A DNA stretch of 64,000 bases, from NCBI GenBank assembly GCA_046598395.1, contig JBKJIQ010000047.1:7290-71289 (forward strand), in the 5' to 3' direction. Made by a program: the position numbers and the translations under genes. Position 1 is the first letter of the stretch, and every line of letters begins with the position of its first letter. The notes beneath the pieces were generated by a model. The model was given only the letters and a program-made list of their open reading frames with translations. It was not told where the DNA came from and ran no database searches. The stretch comes from Acidimicrobiia bacterium. Its GTDB lineage: Bacteria; Actinomycetota; Acidimicrobiia; IMCC26256; JAENVU01. Below are positions 46,392 to 56,007 of the stretch, piece by piece.

Positions 46392-47636
46392 TCAGCTCGT
46401 GGCGCGAGGGTTCCGAGAGCCTCGGTGGTTCGATCCTCGCTTCGGCGGTCCCCCACGGCGACGCGCCGGAGCACCATCAGGACGCTCGACACGCGGACGA
46501 TCAGAACGTGGACGATCGCCTTGGCCGCGCGAGCGTTTGGCATCGCTTTCGACCTCGAACCCGAGGTCACGCTGGAGGCGAAGGCTGTCACGAACTTGAT
46601 CCGGAAGCACAAACGACACCACGACCCCGGATGCACCCTTACGCGCCGTGCGGCCGGAACGGTGAATGTAGGACTTCGTGTCGGCCGGCGGGTCGAAGTG
46701 CACCACGCAGGCAACATCGTCGACATGGATTCCACGCGCGGCCACATCGGTGGCGATGAGTGCGTGGACCCGGCCGCGGGAAAACTCGGCTAACGCACGG
46801 TCGCGTTTCGCCTGCGAGAGACCACCATGGATCGGCGCCGACGGCACGCCCGACTGCGACAACTTCTTCGCGACTTTGTCGGCGCCGTGACGGGTCCGAC
46901 AGAACACAATCGTGGGACCTTCCGCGCCGATCACTTCGGCAACGCGCTCGACGCGGTCCTCGTTCCGGACGCGCTCGAAACGGTGATCGGCCTCGCTACC
47001 GTCGGACTCCACGCCTTCGACCTCGTGGCGGACCGGCGACTTCTGGTAATCGCGGGTCAAGACCGCGATGTCACCGTCGAGCGTCGCGGAGAAGAGCAAC
47101 GTCTGACGATCGGGGTTCGTCTGATCCAAGATGCGCCGGACCGCCGGCATGAATCCCATGTCAGCCATGCGGTCAGCCTCATCGACCACGACGAACTTCA
47201 CACCGTCAAGTGACAGCGCTCGCTGGGCGATCAAATCTTCGAGACGACCCGGACACGCGACGAGGATTTCGACACCACGGCGCAGCGCACGCTTCTGAGG
47301 CTCGTAGCCCACCCCGCCATAGATGGTGAAGACCCGGTGGTTCCGAGCAACCGCCATCGGCTCGAGTTCGCGGGCAATCTGGGCGGCCAGCTCGCGTGTG
47401 GGAGCCAGAATCAGTGCGCTGGGACGACGCGGCCGAGCCTTTTCCACGCGCTCCACGAGCGGGGCACCAAAGGCGATGGTCTTGCCAGAGCCGGTAGGGG
47501 CGCGACCGCAAACATCAAGGCCCGCGAGGGCATCGGGGATCGTCGCGGCCTGAACCGGGAACGGTGAGGTGATGCCGCCGGCCGCAAGCGCGTCGACGAG
47601 ATCGGGCGCGAGCCCAAGGGCAGAAAAGGTGGACAC
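46392..47636 (-). CDS. DEAD-box RNA helicase (RhlE-like)
   Basis: Q motif, APTGSGKT, PTRELA, DEAD, SAT, ARGIH and HRSGRTAR; basic C-terminal tail. Confidence 0.96.
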   Translation of the reverse strand: MSTFSALGLAPDLVDALAAGGITSPFPVQAATIPDALAGLDVCGRAPTGSGKTIAFGAPLVERVEKARPRRPSALILAPTRELAAQIARELEPMAVARNHRVFTIYGGVGYEPQKRALRRGVEILVACPGRLEDLIAQRALSLDGVKFVVVDEADRMADMGFMPAVRRILDQTNPDRQTLLFSATLDGDIAVLTRDYQKSPVRHEVEGVESDGSEADHRFERVRNEDRVERVAEVIGAEGPTIVFCRTRHGADKVAKKLSQSGVPSAPIHGGLSQAKRDRALAEFSRGRVHALIATDVAARGIHVDDVACVVHFDPPADTKSYIHRSGRTARKGASGVVVSFVLPDQVRDSLRLQRDLGFEVESDAKRSRGQGDRPRSDRPRVERPDGAPARRRGGPPKRGSNHRGSRNPRATS

Positions 47637-47737
47637 TGGTTACTCCTTACCCGCGTGGGCGGGTCGACTTCCGCGCGACGGAAATCAAGAAGTGTCTCCA
47701 GCGCGGCTGTCCACGAGTGCGGACTGCGAGGACCCTA
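47637..47737 (-). promoter_or_regulatory. Probable promoter and structured ~90-nt 5' leader of the helicase
   Basis: -10-like TAGGGT (47737-47732); several short stems; TAAGGAG ribosome-binding site. Confidence 0.45.
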
Positions 47738-47854
47738 GTCGCCACGGCCGAGTAATCCGGCATTTGGTGACGCGAGGCTCACCGAGCGCGTGATCGTTGA
47801 GGGCACATGCAATGGAGGCCGTGACGACGGGCGTGGCCGGTAGCGTGCGCGCCA

Positions 47855-48247
47855 ATGATGACGGACGGAATCGCCACCACTCCGGAACCTCCGTACTACG
47901 CGGTGATCTTCACATCCATTCACACCGGCTTCTCGGTCGCGGAGTACCGCGCAGTCGCGACCTTGATGTTCACACTTGCAGCCGAGCAGCCGGGGTACCT
48001 CGGCGTGGAGACGGCCCACGCCGAGGTCGGCATCACGGTGAGCTACTGGAACGACGAGAAATCCATCCGTGCCTGGCGTGAACACTTGGAGCATGCGGTC
48101 GTCCGCGAACGCGGCCGGTCCGAGTGGTACTCGCGATATGCGCTCCGAGTCGCACGCGTCGAACGGGCGTATACCTTCAGCGCGGAGCACGCTACGGAGT
48201 CGGTGCCACCAGACTCGTTTGTAACCGAAGCACCGCCTCCGGACTAA
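47855..48247 (+). CDS. Antibiotic biosynthesis monooxygenase (ABM) family protein
   Basis: PPYYAVIF, QPGYLGVE, ITVSYW and W...Y.LRVARVER motifs. Confidence 0.85.
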   Translation: MMTDGIATTPEPPYYAVIFTSIHTGFSVAEYRAVATLMFTLAAEQPGYLGVETAHAEVGITVSYWNDEKSIRAWREHLEHAVVRERGRSEWYSRYALRVARVERAYTFSAEHATESVPPDSFVTEAPPPD

Positions 48248-48950
48248 CACCGGCCGCCTCGACGTAGCCCAGAATCGAGCCATATTCGGTTCGCACCGAT
48301 CCCAGCACGGCGGCCATCGTGGCGGGCTGCGCGCCGTAGTTCTGCACCGCGACTTCGGCTCGGTCCGTGGCCGTCTCGGCCCGTTCCGTATGGCGAGCGA
48401 TCATCGTGGGCATCTGGTCTTCGGTCACCGCGAAGTCGGCCGCGATCAGATCATCGGACACGCCGCAGATTCCGAGGATGAGCGCGGCCGCGAGTCCCGT
48501 ACGGTCTTTCCCCGCGGCACAATGGAAGACCACTGGCTGCGCCTCCGGTTCGGCAATCACGTTCAGCACTGCCGCAAATCGGTGCGCGTACTCCCGCAAC
48601 ATGAACTGGTAGATCTCTACCAGCGTCAGAAATCGAGGCTCTTGCGGCTGGGCGCCCGCCGGCTGACGGGTCTGATCCACGATCGGCATGTGCAGTTGGC
48701 GTACGTGCGCCTCCAGCGGCCCGTGGCCGAAGTCCTCCACTTCGTGGGGCGCACGGAGATCGATCACCGTGCGCACCCGAAGCTCATCGCGCAGCCGGAC
48801 CAAGTCCTGATCACTCAGGTAGGAAAGTGAGTCACTCCGGAACACGAGACCCGTGCGCACCACCCCTCCGTCGACGGTGGGATACCCGCCCAGGTCCCGG
48901 AAGTTCGCCGGGCCGTCGAGTTGCAGCGCTTCGGAGAGGTTCACCCGCAC
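48192..48950 (-). CDS. Protein tyrosine phosphatase (PtpB/Y_phosphatase3-like)
   Basis: NFRDLGGY, VIDLR and FHCAAGKDRTG motifs. Confidence 0.92.
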   Translation of the reverse strand: MRVNLSEALQLDGPANFRDLGGYPTVDGGVVRTGLVFRSDSLSYLSDQDLVRLRDELRVRTVIDLRAPHEVEDFGHGPLEAHVRQLHMPIVDQTRQPAGAQPQEPRFLTLVEIYQFMLREYAHRFAAVLNVIAEPEAQPVVFHCAAGKDRTGLAAALILGICGVSDDLIAADFAVTEDQMPTMIARHTERAETATDRAEVAVQNYGAQPATMAAVLGSVRTEYGSILGYVEAAGVSPEAVLRLQTSLVAPTP

Positions 48951-48968
48951 ATTCTTGCCGTCGTCGGG

Positions 48969-50195
48969 TCAGCGATCGAGATCGAGGCCCAGCATGCGGA
49001 TGGCGTTGCCCCGCACGATCTTGTAGACGACGTCGGCCGGGAGGTGTCCCATCATCGCTTCCGCGACTGCGAGCGTGTTCGGCCACGTGGAATCGGTATG
49101 CGGGTAGTCGGTCTCGAAGGTGACGTTGTCGACGCCGATGCGGTGCAGGGACTCGAGACCGTGGATGTCCCGGAAGAAGCACCCATAGACCTGACGGAAG
49201 TAGTAGCTCGACGGCGGCTCGGGAATGAGATCCTTCACGCCGCCCCAGGCACGGTGCTCGTTCCACACGTCGTCGACCCGTTCGAGGATGTACGGCAACC
49301 AACCGATCTGACCCTCGGAGTACGCGAGTTTGAGGTCGGGATACCTCACCAACACTCCCGAGAACAAGAAGTCACTGAGGCTCGCCATTGCATTGCCGAA
49401 GCTCAAACTCGCCGCGACCGCGACGGGCGCGTCGGCCGATGTCGCCGGCATCCGGGAGCTGGACCCGATGTGCATGCACACCACGTTCTGGGTCTCTTGG
49501 CAGGCCACGAAAAACGGATCCCACTCCCCTGAGTGAATGCTCGGCAACCCCAAGTGTGGCGGGATCTCCGAAAAACACACGGCGCGTACGCCGCGTTGCG
49601 CGTTGCGGCGCACCTCGGCCGCAGCAAGATCGGCGTCCCAGAGCGGAACGATGATCAAGGGAACCAGCCGACCGGAGCTGTCGCCGCACCACTCCTCCAC
49701 CATCCAGTCGTTGTAGGCGTATACGCACGCCTCCGCGAGTTCGCGATCCTGGGCTTCCAGGAATGTTTGGCCACAGAAACGAGGGAAGGTGGGAAAACAC
49801 AGCGACGCCTCGACATGATTCATCTCCATGTCTTCGACGCGCGCCGACGGGTCGTAGCAACCGGGGCGCATCTCGTCGTAGGTGATCGGCGACATGGTCA
49901 TGTCGTCACGGTCGAACCCCACGGCGGCCACGTGGCGTTTGTTGATGTAGACGAGATCTTCGTAGACCCAACAGTCGGCCTGCGGACCGTCGTCATCGAA
50001 GGTCTGCTCATACGCTCCCCCTCCCACGTGACGCATGGTGCCGATGCCCCGCCGCTCGACGCGAGGGCCCGCGGCCCGAAACCGTTCGGGCAACCAGGCC
50101 TTCCAGAGGTGGGCCGGCTCGACCACGTGATCATCGACGCTCACGATCCGAGGGATCTCGGTCCTCGGTGCTCCCGGGTCGATAACGGCCGTCAC
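48969..50195 (-). CDS. Amidohydrolase_2 family protein
   Basis: SVDDHVVEP, YNDWMVEEWC, MHIGS, YSEGQIGW and FETDYPHTD motifs. Confidence 0.92.
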   Translation of the reverse strand: MTAVIDPGAPRTEIPRIVSVDDHVVEPAHLWKAWLPERFRAAGPRVERRGIGTMRHVGGGAYEQTFDDDGPQADCWVYEDLVYINKRHVAAVGFDRDDMTMSPITYDEMRPGCYDPSARVEDMEMNHVEASLCFPTFPRFCGQTFLEAQDRELAEACVYAYNDWMVEEWCGDSSGRLVPLIIVPLWDADLAAAEVRRNAQRGVRAVCFSEIPPHLGLPSIHSGEWDPFFVACQETQNVVCMHIGSSSRMPATSADAPVAVAASLSFGNAMASLSDFLFSGVLVRYPDLKLAYSEGQIGWLPYILERVDDVWNEHRAWGGVKDLIPEPPSSYYFRQVYGCFFRDIHGLESLHRIGVDNVTFETDYPHTDSTWPNTLAVAEAMMGHLPADVVYKIVRGNAIRMLGLDLDR

Positions 50196-50213
50196 AGCGT
50201 GCCTCCTGAACGA

Positions 50214-50237
50214 AATCTGATGGGTCGTCAGATTCTA
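50214..50237 (-). promoter_or_regulatory. -10 TAGAAT overlapped by operator AATCTGATGGGTCGTCAGATT (50214-50234)
   Basis: Read on -, it shares AGAATCTGACGA and TCAGAT with the 8293 site; CAGGAGG ribosome-binding site downstream. Confidence 0.68.
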
Positions 50238-50283
50238 CGGCGCAGGAGAGATCCGGCCCGATTTCGAAGGGCCACACGTGGCT

Positions 50284-51804
50284 CTAGCGTGTCCGAGCGC
50301 CGCACCGAGTGCCGCTTGCCGGTGCGTCACGATCGACGAAATAGCGCGTGAGTATCCCTTCCAGACAGGGATTGCCGTTGAGGCTCGCGGTGTGGGTGGA
50401 CCCGGTCACGGCGACGAGTCGTCCCGACCCCAGTTGACGAGCCAAGGACTCGGACCACGCGAAGGGTGTGGCCGGGTCACCCGTGGTCCCGACCACCGCG
50501 ATCGGGGGCGCGCTCGGAGCCGAGAAGCTGGTCGGTGCCGACCGGTCCGGCGGGTAGGGCCAGTACGAGCACTGGTAGCCAAGGCCCACATTCCCCGCGC
50601 CGAAGTCTGGCGCTTCGACGCCGGCCCGCTGTTGCAGTGTTTCCATCTCACCGACTGTCAGGTTCGGGCCATCGGCACAACTGATGGCGATGAACGCTGC
50701 CCATTCCGCGTCATAGCGACCACCCGCGCCGCGACCCACGTACTGGTCGGACACGGAGCGCAAGGTCGCCGGCGTTCCACGTTCCAGGTCTCGGAGCCCG
50801 TCGGCCAACGCCGTGTACTGGTCCTCGCCTCCATACAGGAGCGCACCTACCGCAAGATCGAGTTGGGTGGGACCGACCCGATTCGTCCCGGTGCCCCGAG
50901 GGTTCGTATCGATCGACCGGACGAGCGCTTCGTACGCCGCCCGCGGATCACCGTTGTGACGGAACGCGCACGTCGTGCGATTCGCGCACCAATCAAAAAA
51001 CGTCTGGAGCGATCCGCCGAATCCCTTGGCTTGTTGCACCGCAACGTCCTCGGCCGACAGCGCCGGGTCGACGGCTCCATCGAGCACGAGCGCGCGCACC
51101 CGGGAGGGAAACATCGAGGCGTACATCGCTCCGATGTACGTGCCATACGAGAAACCGAGGTACGTGAGACGCGGATCACCCAGGGCGGCGCGCAGCCGAT
51201 CGAGATCACGCACGGTGTCGCGCGTGGAGATGTGCTCGAGGAGGTCACCGCTGCGGCGCACACACGCATCGACAAATCGCCGAGCATTGACTTCGAGACT
51301 CGTGCGCTCCGCAGCATTGTCCGGCGCGGTATCACCGTCGAAGAGGTAGTCGAGGTCGCGTCCACAACGAACGGGCGAGCTTGCACCACTCCCCCGTGGG
51401 TCCCACCCCACGATGTCGAACCGGTCGGTGATGGCCCGCGGGAGTACCGACGCCACATACTCAGCCAAGTCGCGGCCGGCGGCGCCGGGACCTCCCGGGT
51501 TGACGATCAGGGACCCGATTCGTCTTCCCGGTTGTCCTCGATGGCCCCGTGCCACCGCAAGGTCGAGGTGGCGACCCAACGGCAGTTTGTAGTCGAGCGG
51601 CACCGACAATGTTGCGCATTCACCGATGCCGCACGCGTGCCACTCCAACGACTTCGTCGGCGCGGGCGCGGCGCCCGACGACCCCGGGGACCGGTGGGAC
51701 TCCGGCTGAGAGCCGGGTGTGCCGGTAGGACGGGTCGTGTTCCCCGACGAACAGCCTGCCGCGCCGATCACGGCCACCAGCGCCACGGAGAGGACTCGTC
51801 GCAT
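50284..51804 (-). CDS. TAP-like secreted alpha/beta hydrolase (peptidase S33) lipoprotein
   Basis: Lipobox AAGC, NPGGPG, WDPRG, GFSYGT, DPATP and H motifs. Confidence 0.9.
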   Translation of the reverse strand: MRRVLSVALVAVIGAAGCSSGNTTRPTGTPGSQPESHRSPGSSGAAPAPTKSLEWHACGIGECATLSVPLDYKLPLGRHLDLAVARGHRGQPGRRIGSLIVNPGGPGAAGRDLAEYVASVLPRAITDRFDIVGWDPRGSGASSPVRCGRDLDYLFDGDTAPDNAAERTSLEVNARRFVDACVRRSGDLLEHISTRDTVRDLDRLRAALGDPRLTYLGFSYGTYIGAMYASMFPSRVRALVLDGAVDPALSAEDVAVQQAKGFGGSLQTFFDWCANRTTCAFRHNGDPRAAYEALVRSIDTNPRGTGTNRVGPTQLDLAVGALLYGGEDQYTALADGLRDLERGTPATLRSVSDQYVGRGAGGRYDAEWAAFIAISCADGPNLTVGEMETLQQRAGVEAPDFGAGNVGLGYQCSYWPYPPDRSAPTSFSAPSAPPIAVVGTTGDPATPFAWSESLARQLGSGRLVAVTGSTHTASLNGNPCLEGILTRYFVDRDAPASGTRCGARTR

Positions 51805-51892
51805 CACAGAATGCACCCTGACACACGGGTGCCCTGGGGTTGGGTCGCCCGGAAGCGGCTTTCGCTGCGAGCGTCCGGATACGGTGCTCGCC

Positions 51893-53317
51893 GTGGATCT
51901 CTTCATCGGTGGTACTCATCGTCCGGCGAGCACTGACGACATCCTGAGCATTCGGGAACCCGGAACGGGCGAGGTCATGACCACAATCGCGGCCGGCGGT
52001 TCTGCCGATGTGGACGCTGCGATTCGCGCGGCGAGGGAGTCTTTCGACGCCGGCGCGTGGGCTGGGCAGAGCGCGACCGCGCGCGGCCGCGTTCTGTTGC
52101 GAGTCGCAGCCTTGATCCGAGAACGCGTCGAGGAGATTGCGACACTCGAGGCCCGCAATGCTGGCAAACCGATCGGTGACGCGCGGTGGGAAGTGAATGC
52201 CGCGGCCGATGTCTTCGAGTACTACGCCGGCGCCGCGAACAAGATCTTTGGCGAGACAATCCCGGTGCAGGACGCAGGGATAGATCTCGTATTGCGCGAG
52301 CCCGTGGGCGTGTGTGCCCTCATTGTGCCATGGAACTTCCCACTGCTGATCACGACCTGGAAAACCGCACCGGCGCTGGCCTGCGGGAACTCGGTGATCA
52401 TCAAGCCGGCGTCGCTCACTCCTCTCTCCGCGCTGAAGCTGGGCGAAATTCTGGTGGAGGCAGGCGTACCACCAGGGTGCGTTTCGGTACTCCCCGGACC
52501 GGGGCGTGTGATCGGAGATGCGCTGGTAAGCGATCCCCGTGTCGACAAGATCGGTTTTACCGGCGAGACCACCACCGGCGCTTCCATCTTGCGCGCGTCT
52601 TCGGAAAACATCACTCGCGTTTCGTTGGAACTCGGTGGGAAATCAGCGTGCGTGGTGTTCGCCGATGCCGATTGGCGCAAGGCGGCGGCCGAAACACCGA
52701 TGGCAGTCTTTGCGAATACTGGACAGGACTGTTGCGCGCGCAGCCGCATCGTGGTCGAAGCATCGATCTATGACGACTTCGTGACCGCATTCACCGAGAC
52801 CACCAAAGCCCTCCGTATCGGCACACCACTCGATGAAGGCACCGAGGTCGGGCCGATGATCTCGACAGCTCAGCGGCAAGTCTCGCTCGACTACCTCGAT
52901 ATCGCGGCGGCCGAAGGCGCGGAGCGAGTCACCGGGGGTGTCATGCCCGACGATCCTGGCTTCTACCTCTCGCCCGCAGTGCTTGCGAACGTCGATAACT
53001 CGATGCGGGTAGCCCAGGAGGAAATCTTCGGGCCGGTCGCATCCATCATTCCCTTCCGTGATGAAGCGGACGCGATCCGTATCGCGAATGACACTCCCTA
53101 CGGGCTCTCGGGCTCGGTGTGGACACGTGACCTCGGACGGGCGATCCGTTCGGCCAAGGCCATCCGGACCGGAACGATCTCGGTGAATACCAACCGGTCG
53201 GTTCGAACGGAGGCACCGTTCGGCGGATACAAGCGCTCCGGCCTGGGACGGGAGCTCGGCATGCACGCGATGGCCCACTACACCGAAGTCAAAAACGTCT
53301 TCCTCTCCTCCGAGTAG
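51893..53317 (+). CDS. Aldehyde dehydrogenase
   Basis: IVPWNFP, FTGET, LELGGKS, GQDC and EEIFGPV; GTG start 7 nt after TACGGT. Confidence 0.94.
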   Translation: MDLFIGGTHRPASTDDILSIREPGTGEVMTTIAAGGSADVDAAIRAARESFDAGAWAGQSATARGRVLLRVAALIRERVEEIATLEARNAGKPIGDARWEVNAAADVFEYYAGAANKIFGETIPVQDAGIDLVLREPVGVCALIVPWNFPLLITTWKTAPALACGNSVIIKPASLTPLSALKLGEILVEAGVPPGCVSVLPGPGRVIGDALVSDPRVDKIGFTGETTTGASILRASSENITRVSLELGGKSACVVFADADWRKAAAETPMAVFANTGQDCCARSRIVVEASIYDDFVTAFTETTKALRIGTPLDEGTEVGPMISTAQRQVSLDYLDIAAAEGAERVTGGVMPDDPGFYLSPAVLANVDNSMRVAQEEIFGPVASIIPFRDEADAIRIANDTPYGLSGSVWTRDLGRAIRSAKAIRTGTISVNTNRSVRTEAPFGGYKRSGLGRELGMHAMAHYTEVKNVFLSSE

Positions 53318-53367
53318 GCCCTACTGGGCTCTCCAGGCGAGGGTCCGGATGGTCGACACTCCCGACG

Positions 53368-54798
53368 ATGGATCCCGCTTCCGAGATCAGGCTGCTGTTG
53401 CAGTCGGGTCACTCCCTCATCGCGGTCGCCACCGCGGAAGAACAACGCCTCCTGCGCGTCTTGCGCGAGGCGAGCGGCACGATTCCGCTCTGGACGTGGT
53501 CGCGCGCAAGTGGGCTCAGCCGCGATGCCGGCGCTCCCATCTACGGAACCGCCGACGCGAGCCAGATGCTCTCCAACCTGTTGGCCATGACCGGCACGTG
53601 GACTGCGGCTCTGTGCGACCCGGCGCCGATCCTCGCGGATCCCACGACCCTCCGACAGCTCAAGGAACTCGGTCAGCGGGCCACCCCGGGGCAAACCGTC
53701 GTCCTCGTCGGCAATGAACTGACGCTCCCCTCGGACCTCGACGGCGTTGCGCGCGTTTGGCGCCTTCCGCATCCCACCGTGGCAGAACTCGTGACCTTGA
53801 TTGAACGCGTCACGATACGACTCGGCCAACGGTCCATCAGTGTCACACTGACCGACGCAGAACGCATTTCGCTCGCACGATCGCTGACCGGAATCACCCT
53901 GCTCGAGGCGGAACGCCAGCTGATGGCTGTGGCGCTCACCGACGGACGACTCGACGGAGACGACATCGCCACCACACTCGCGGCCAAGGCCGAACTCTTG
54001 AACACGGACGGTGTGCTCGAAATCGTCGAGCCCGGCACGGTCCGACTGGATTCCCTCGGCGGACTCGCCCACTTCAAGGAATGGGTGCGGGAACGACTTG
54101 CGGCCGGAATGGATCGTGCGATCGATCCACCGCGCGGCGCGCTCCTGACCGGCGTTCCCGGTTGTGGGAAGTCGGCACTGGCTCACGCAATCGCTCTGGA
54201 GTGGTCGGTACCCCTCGTGCTGCTCGACCCGGGCCGGATCTATCGCAAGTACGTAGGTGAATCCGAAGAACGATTCGATGCCGCGCTCGCGACCATCGAA
54301 TCAATGGCACCCGCCGTGCTCTGGATCGACGAGATCGAAAAGGGCTTCGCGTCCGGCGGAGAAGACGGCGGCGTCTCCGGACGAGTTCTCGCCACGTTCC
54401 TGCGCTGGCTCCAGGATCGCGCTCCCGGAGTGTTCGTCGTCGCGACCGCCAACGATGTCTCTCGTCTACCACCGGAACTCACACGCAAAGGCCGGTTCGA
54501 CGAAGTCTTCTTCGTCGACCTGCCCAATGAATCGGCGCGCACCGAGATACTGCGTGCCCAACTCTTGACCCGTTCGGTCGTCCTCGCCGACACCGACATT
54601 GCGTCGATCGCATCGCATGCCGACGGATACAGCGGCGCCGAACTGGAAGCTGCGATCGTAGCCACGTCATATCGCGGCGCGGTGACTACGGCGTCCCTCT
54701 CATCCGAACTGGACGCTGCAGTCCCACTTTCGCGTTCACGACCCACAGAGATCGCAGCGCTGCGCGCCTGGGCTCGGGAGCACGCTCGCGCGGCCTGA
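53368..54798 (+). CDS. Ycf46-like AAA+ ATPase
   Basis: Degenerate N-terminal AAA-like domain; GVPGCGKS, LWIDEIEK and RKGRFDEVFFVDLP motifs. Confidence 0.85.
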   Translation: MDPASEIRLLLQSGHSLIAVATAEEQRLLRVLREASGTIPLWTWSRASGLSRDAGAPIYGTADASQMLSNLLAMTGTWTAALCDPAPILADPTTLRQLKELGQRATPGQTVVLVGNELTLPSDLDGVARVWRLPHPTVAELVTLIERVTIRLGQRSISVTLTDAERISLARSLTGITLLEAERQLMAVALTDGRLDGDDIATTLAAKAELLNTDGVLEIVEPGTVRLDSLGGLAHFKEWVRERLAAGMDRAIDPPRGALLTGVPGCGKSALAHAIALEWSVPLVLLDPGRIYRKYVGESEERFDAALATIESMAPAVLWIDEIEKGFASGGEDGGVSGRVLATFLRWLQDRAPGVFVVATANDVSRLPPELTRKGRFDEVFFVDLPNESARTEILRAQLLTRSVVLADTDIASIASHADGYSGAELEAAIVATSYRGAVTTASLSSELDAAVPLSRSRPTEIAALRAWAREHARAA

Positions 54799-54848
54799 GC
54801 ACCTTGCCGGAGGTGCCGTCGGAGCGGGTGCAGCTGCTGTTGCGTTCG

Positions 54849-55313
54849 CTATGCACCGATCACATTGGGTCGTGCGATTCCGTTCGCCTCGCAGAGCGCG
54901 AAGTACGAGTCACGCACGAGGCCCGCGTCCACGACCGATTCGACGTTGCCGTCGGCATCGAGGTTGAGATTGGCGCCATGAATCGCGAACCACACGTCGG
55001 TCATGCCGTCATTGGTGTCCGGCACGACGAGCGTGTGCTGGGAACCGGCGGGCTCGTAGAGGTAGGAACCGGCCACGTTCACCTCGGGGTACTCGAGGTA
55101 GTGCCATGAGCCGCTGATAGTGAACGCAAAGATGTGACCGGTGTGCTTGTGGGTTTGAATTTTCACGCCCGGCTCGAACTTGGTGCGGATCACCCAGAGC
55201 CCGGCCTCCACATCAACCTGCAGGAGCGACAGGTGTGTGCCATCACCCAGTGCAACAAACGGGTTCTCGTTCTCACCGACGTGCAGCGCCTTCGGAATCT
55301 CGGTCATCGTCAT
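54849..55313 (-). CDS. Cupin, 2,4'-dihydroxyacetophenone dioxygenase-like
   Basis: HKHTG...TISGSWHYLEY...YLYEPAGSQH. Confidence 0.82.
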   Translation of the reverse strand: MTMTEIPKALHVGENENPFVALGDGTHLSLLQVDVEAGLWVIRTKFEPGVKIQTHKHTGHIFAFTISGSWHYLEYPEVNVAGSYLYEPAGSQHTLVVPDTNDGMTDVWFAIHGANLNLDADGNVESVVDAGLVRDSYFALCEANGIARPNVIGA

Positions 55314-55320
55314 GGGCCGT

Positions 55321-55341
55321 ATTCTAAACGGCGTTCAGATC
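55321..55341 (-). promoter_or_regulatory. Leaderless promoter (TAGAAT-7 nt-ATG) with palindrome TCTGAACGCCGTTTAGA
   Basis: Near-perfect 7-bp arms at 55323-55339, overlapping the -10. Confidence 0.55.
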
Positions 55342-55365
55342 ACCCGGGTCGATCATCATGGTCAT

Positions 55366-56007
55366 ATGCCTGCCTCCGTCGACCGCGATACTTCGTTTGT
55401 GGAATCGGCCAGACTCGTCTTGTTGCACGCACTGCCGTTCGACGCCCGCATGTGGCAGGCCGAGTTGGACTGGTTGCCCGACAACACCCTGGCACCGTCG
55501 CTCTACCGACTCGGTCCCACCATGGCCGATTGGGGGCCGCTCTTCGGCCGGAACGCTTCTCCCGACGTCGTCGCTGCCGCTCGCGCTCACGCCTTCGAGC
55601 AAGAAGCGGACGACATCGCCAACGGCCTGCGGGCGTTCCATGACCGGCGGGATCTGACCCCATTCGCCATGACGTGGCCAAACCCAATCGTCGCTATCAG
55701 CGGCGATCAGGATCGGAGTCCCGACCCGGCGAGCGCCGGTTTCCTGACCGAGGGACCGATGCGATCGCTCCATGTCGTCCCGGACTGCGGTCACGACGTC
55801 AACCTCGAGCAACCCGGCTCGGCACTTGCTGGCATCTGCCATCAATCAGTTCATGAGACCGGTTTGACCCACTCCAACGCCCGCCGTTCTACAACTGCGC
55901 GACGCGAAAACCCCACTCTCACGTCCGCCAACTGGTCGAGAAACCCCGGTTCCCGTCCAAATCAGACTACCGACGACCGGATTGCGGCGACCAACTCCGC
56001 CAGGTAA
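55366..56007 (+). pseudogene. Alpha/beta hydrolase with in-frame internal deletion (no nucleophile elbow)
   Basis: N-terminal LVLLHALPFDARMW and C-terminal ISGDQD...CGHDVNLEQP are joined at MADW|GPLFG with no GxSxG. Confidence 0.6.

Noticed and set aside
55880-55960. Short repeated GAAAACCCC/GAAACCCC words and a possible REP remnant
   Set aside because: Only two short degenerate copies and no clear inverted partner; cannot be supported
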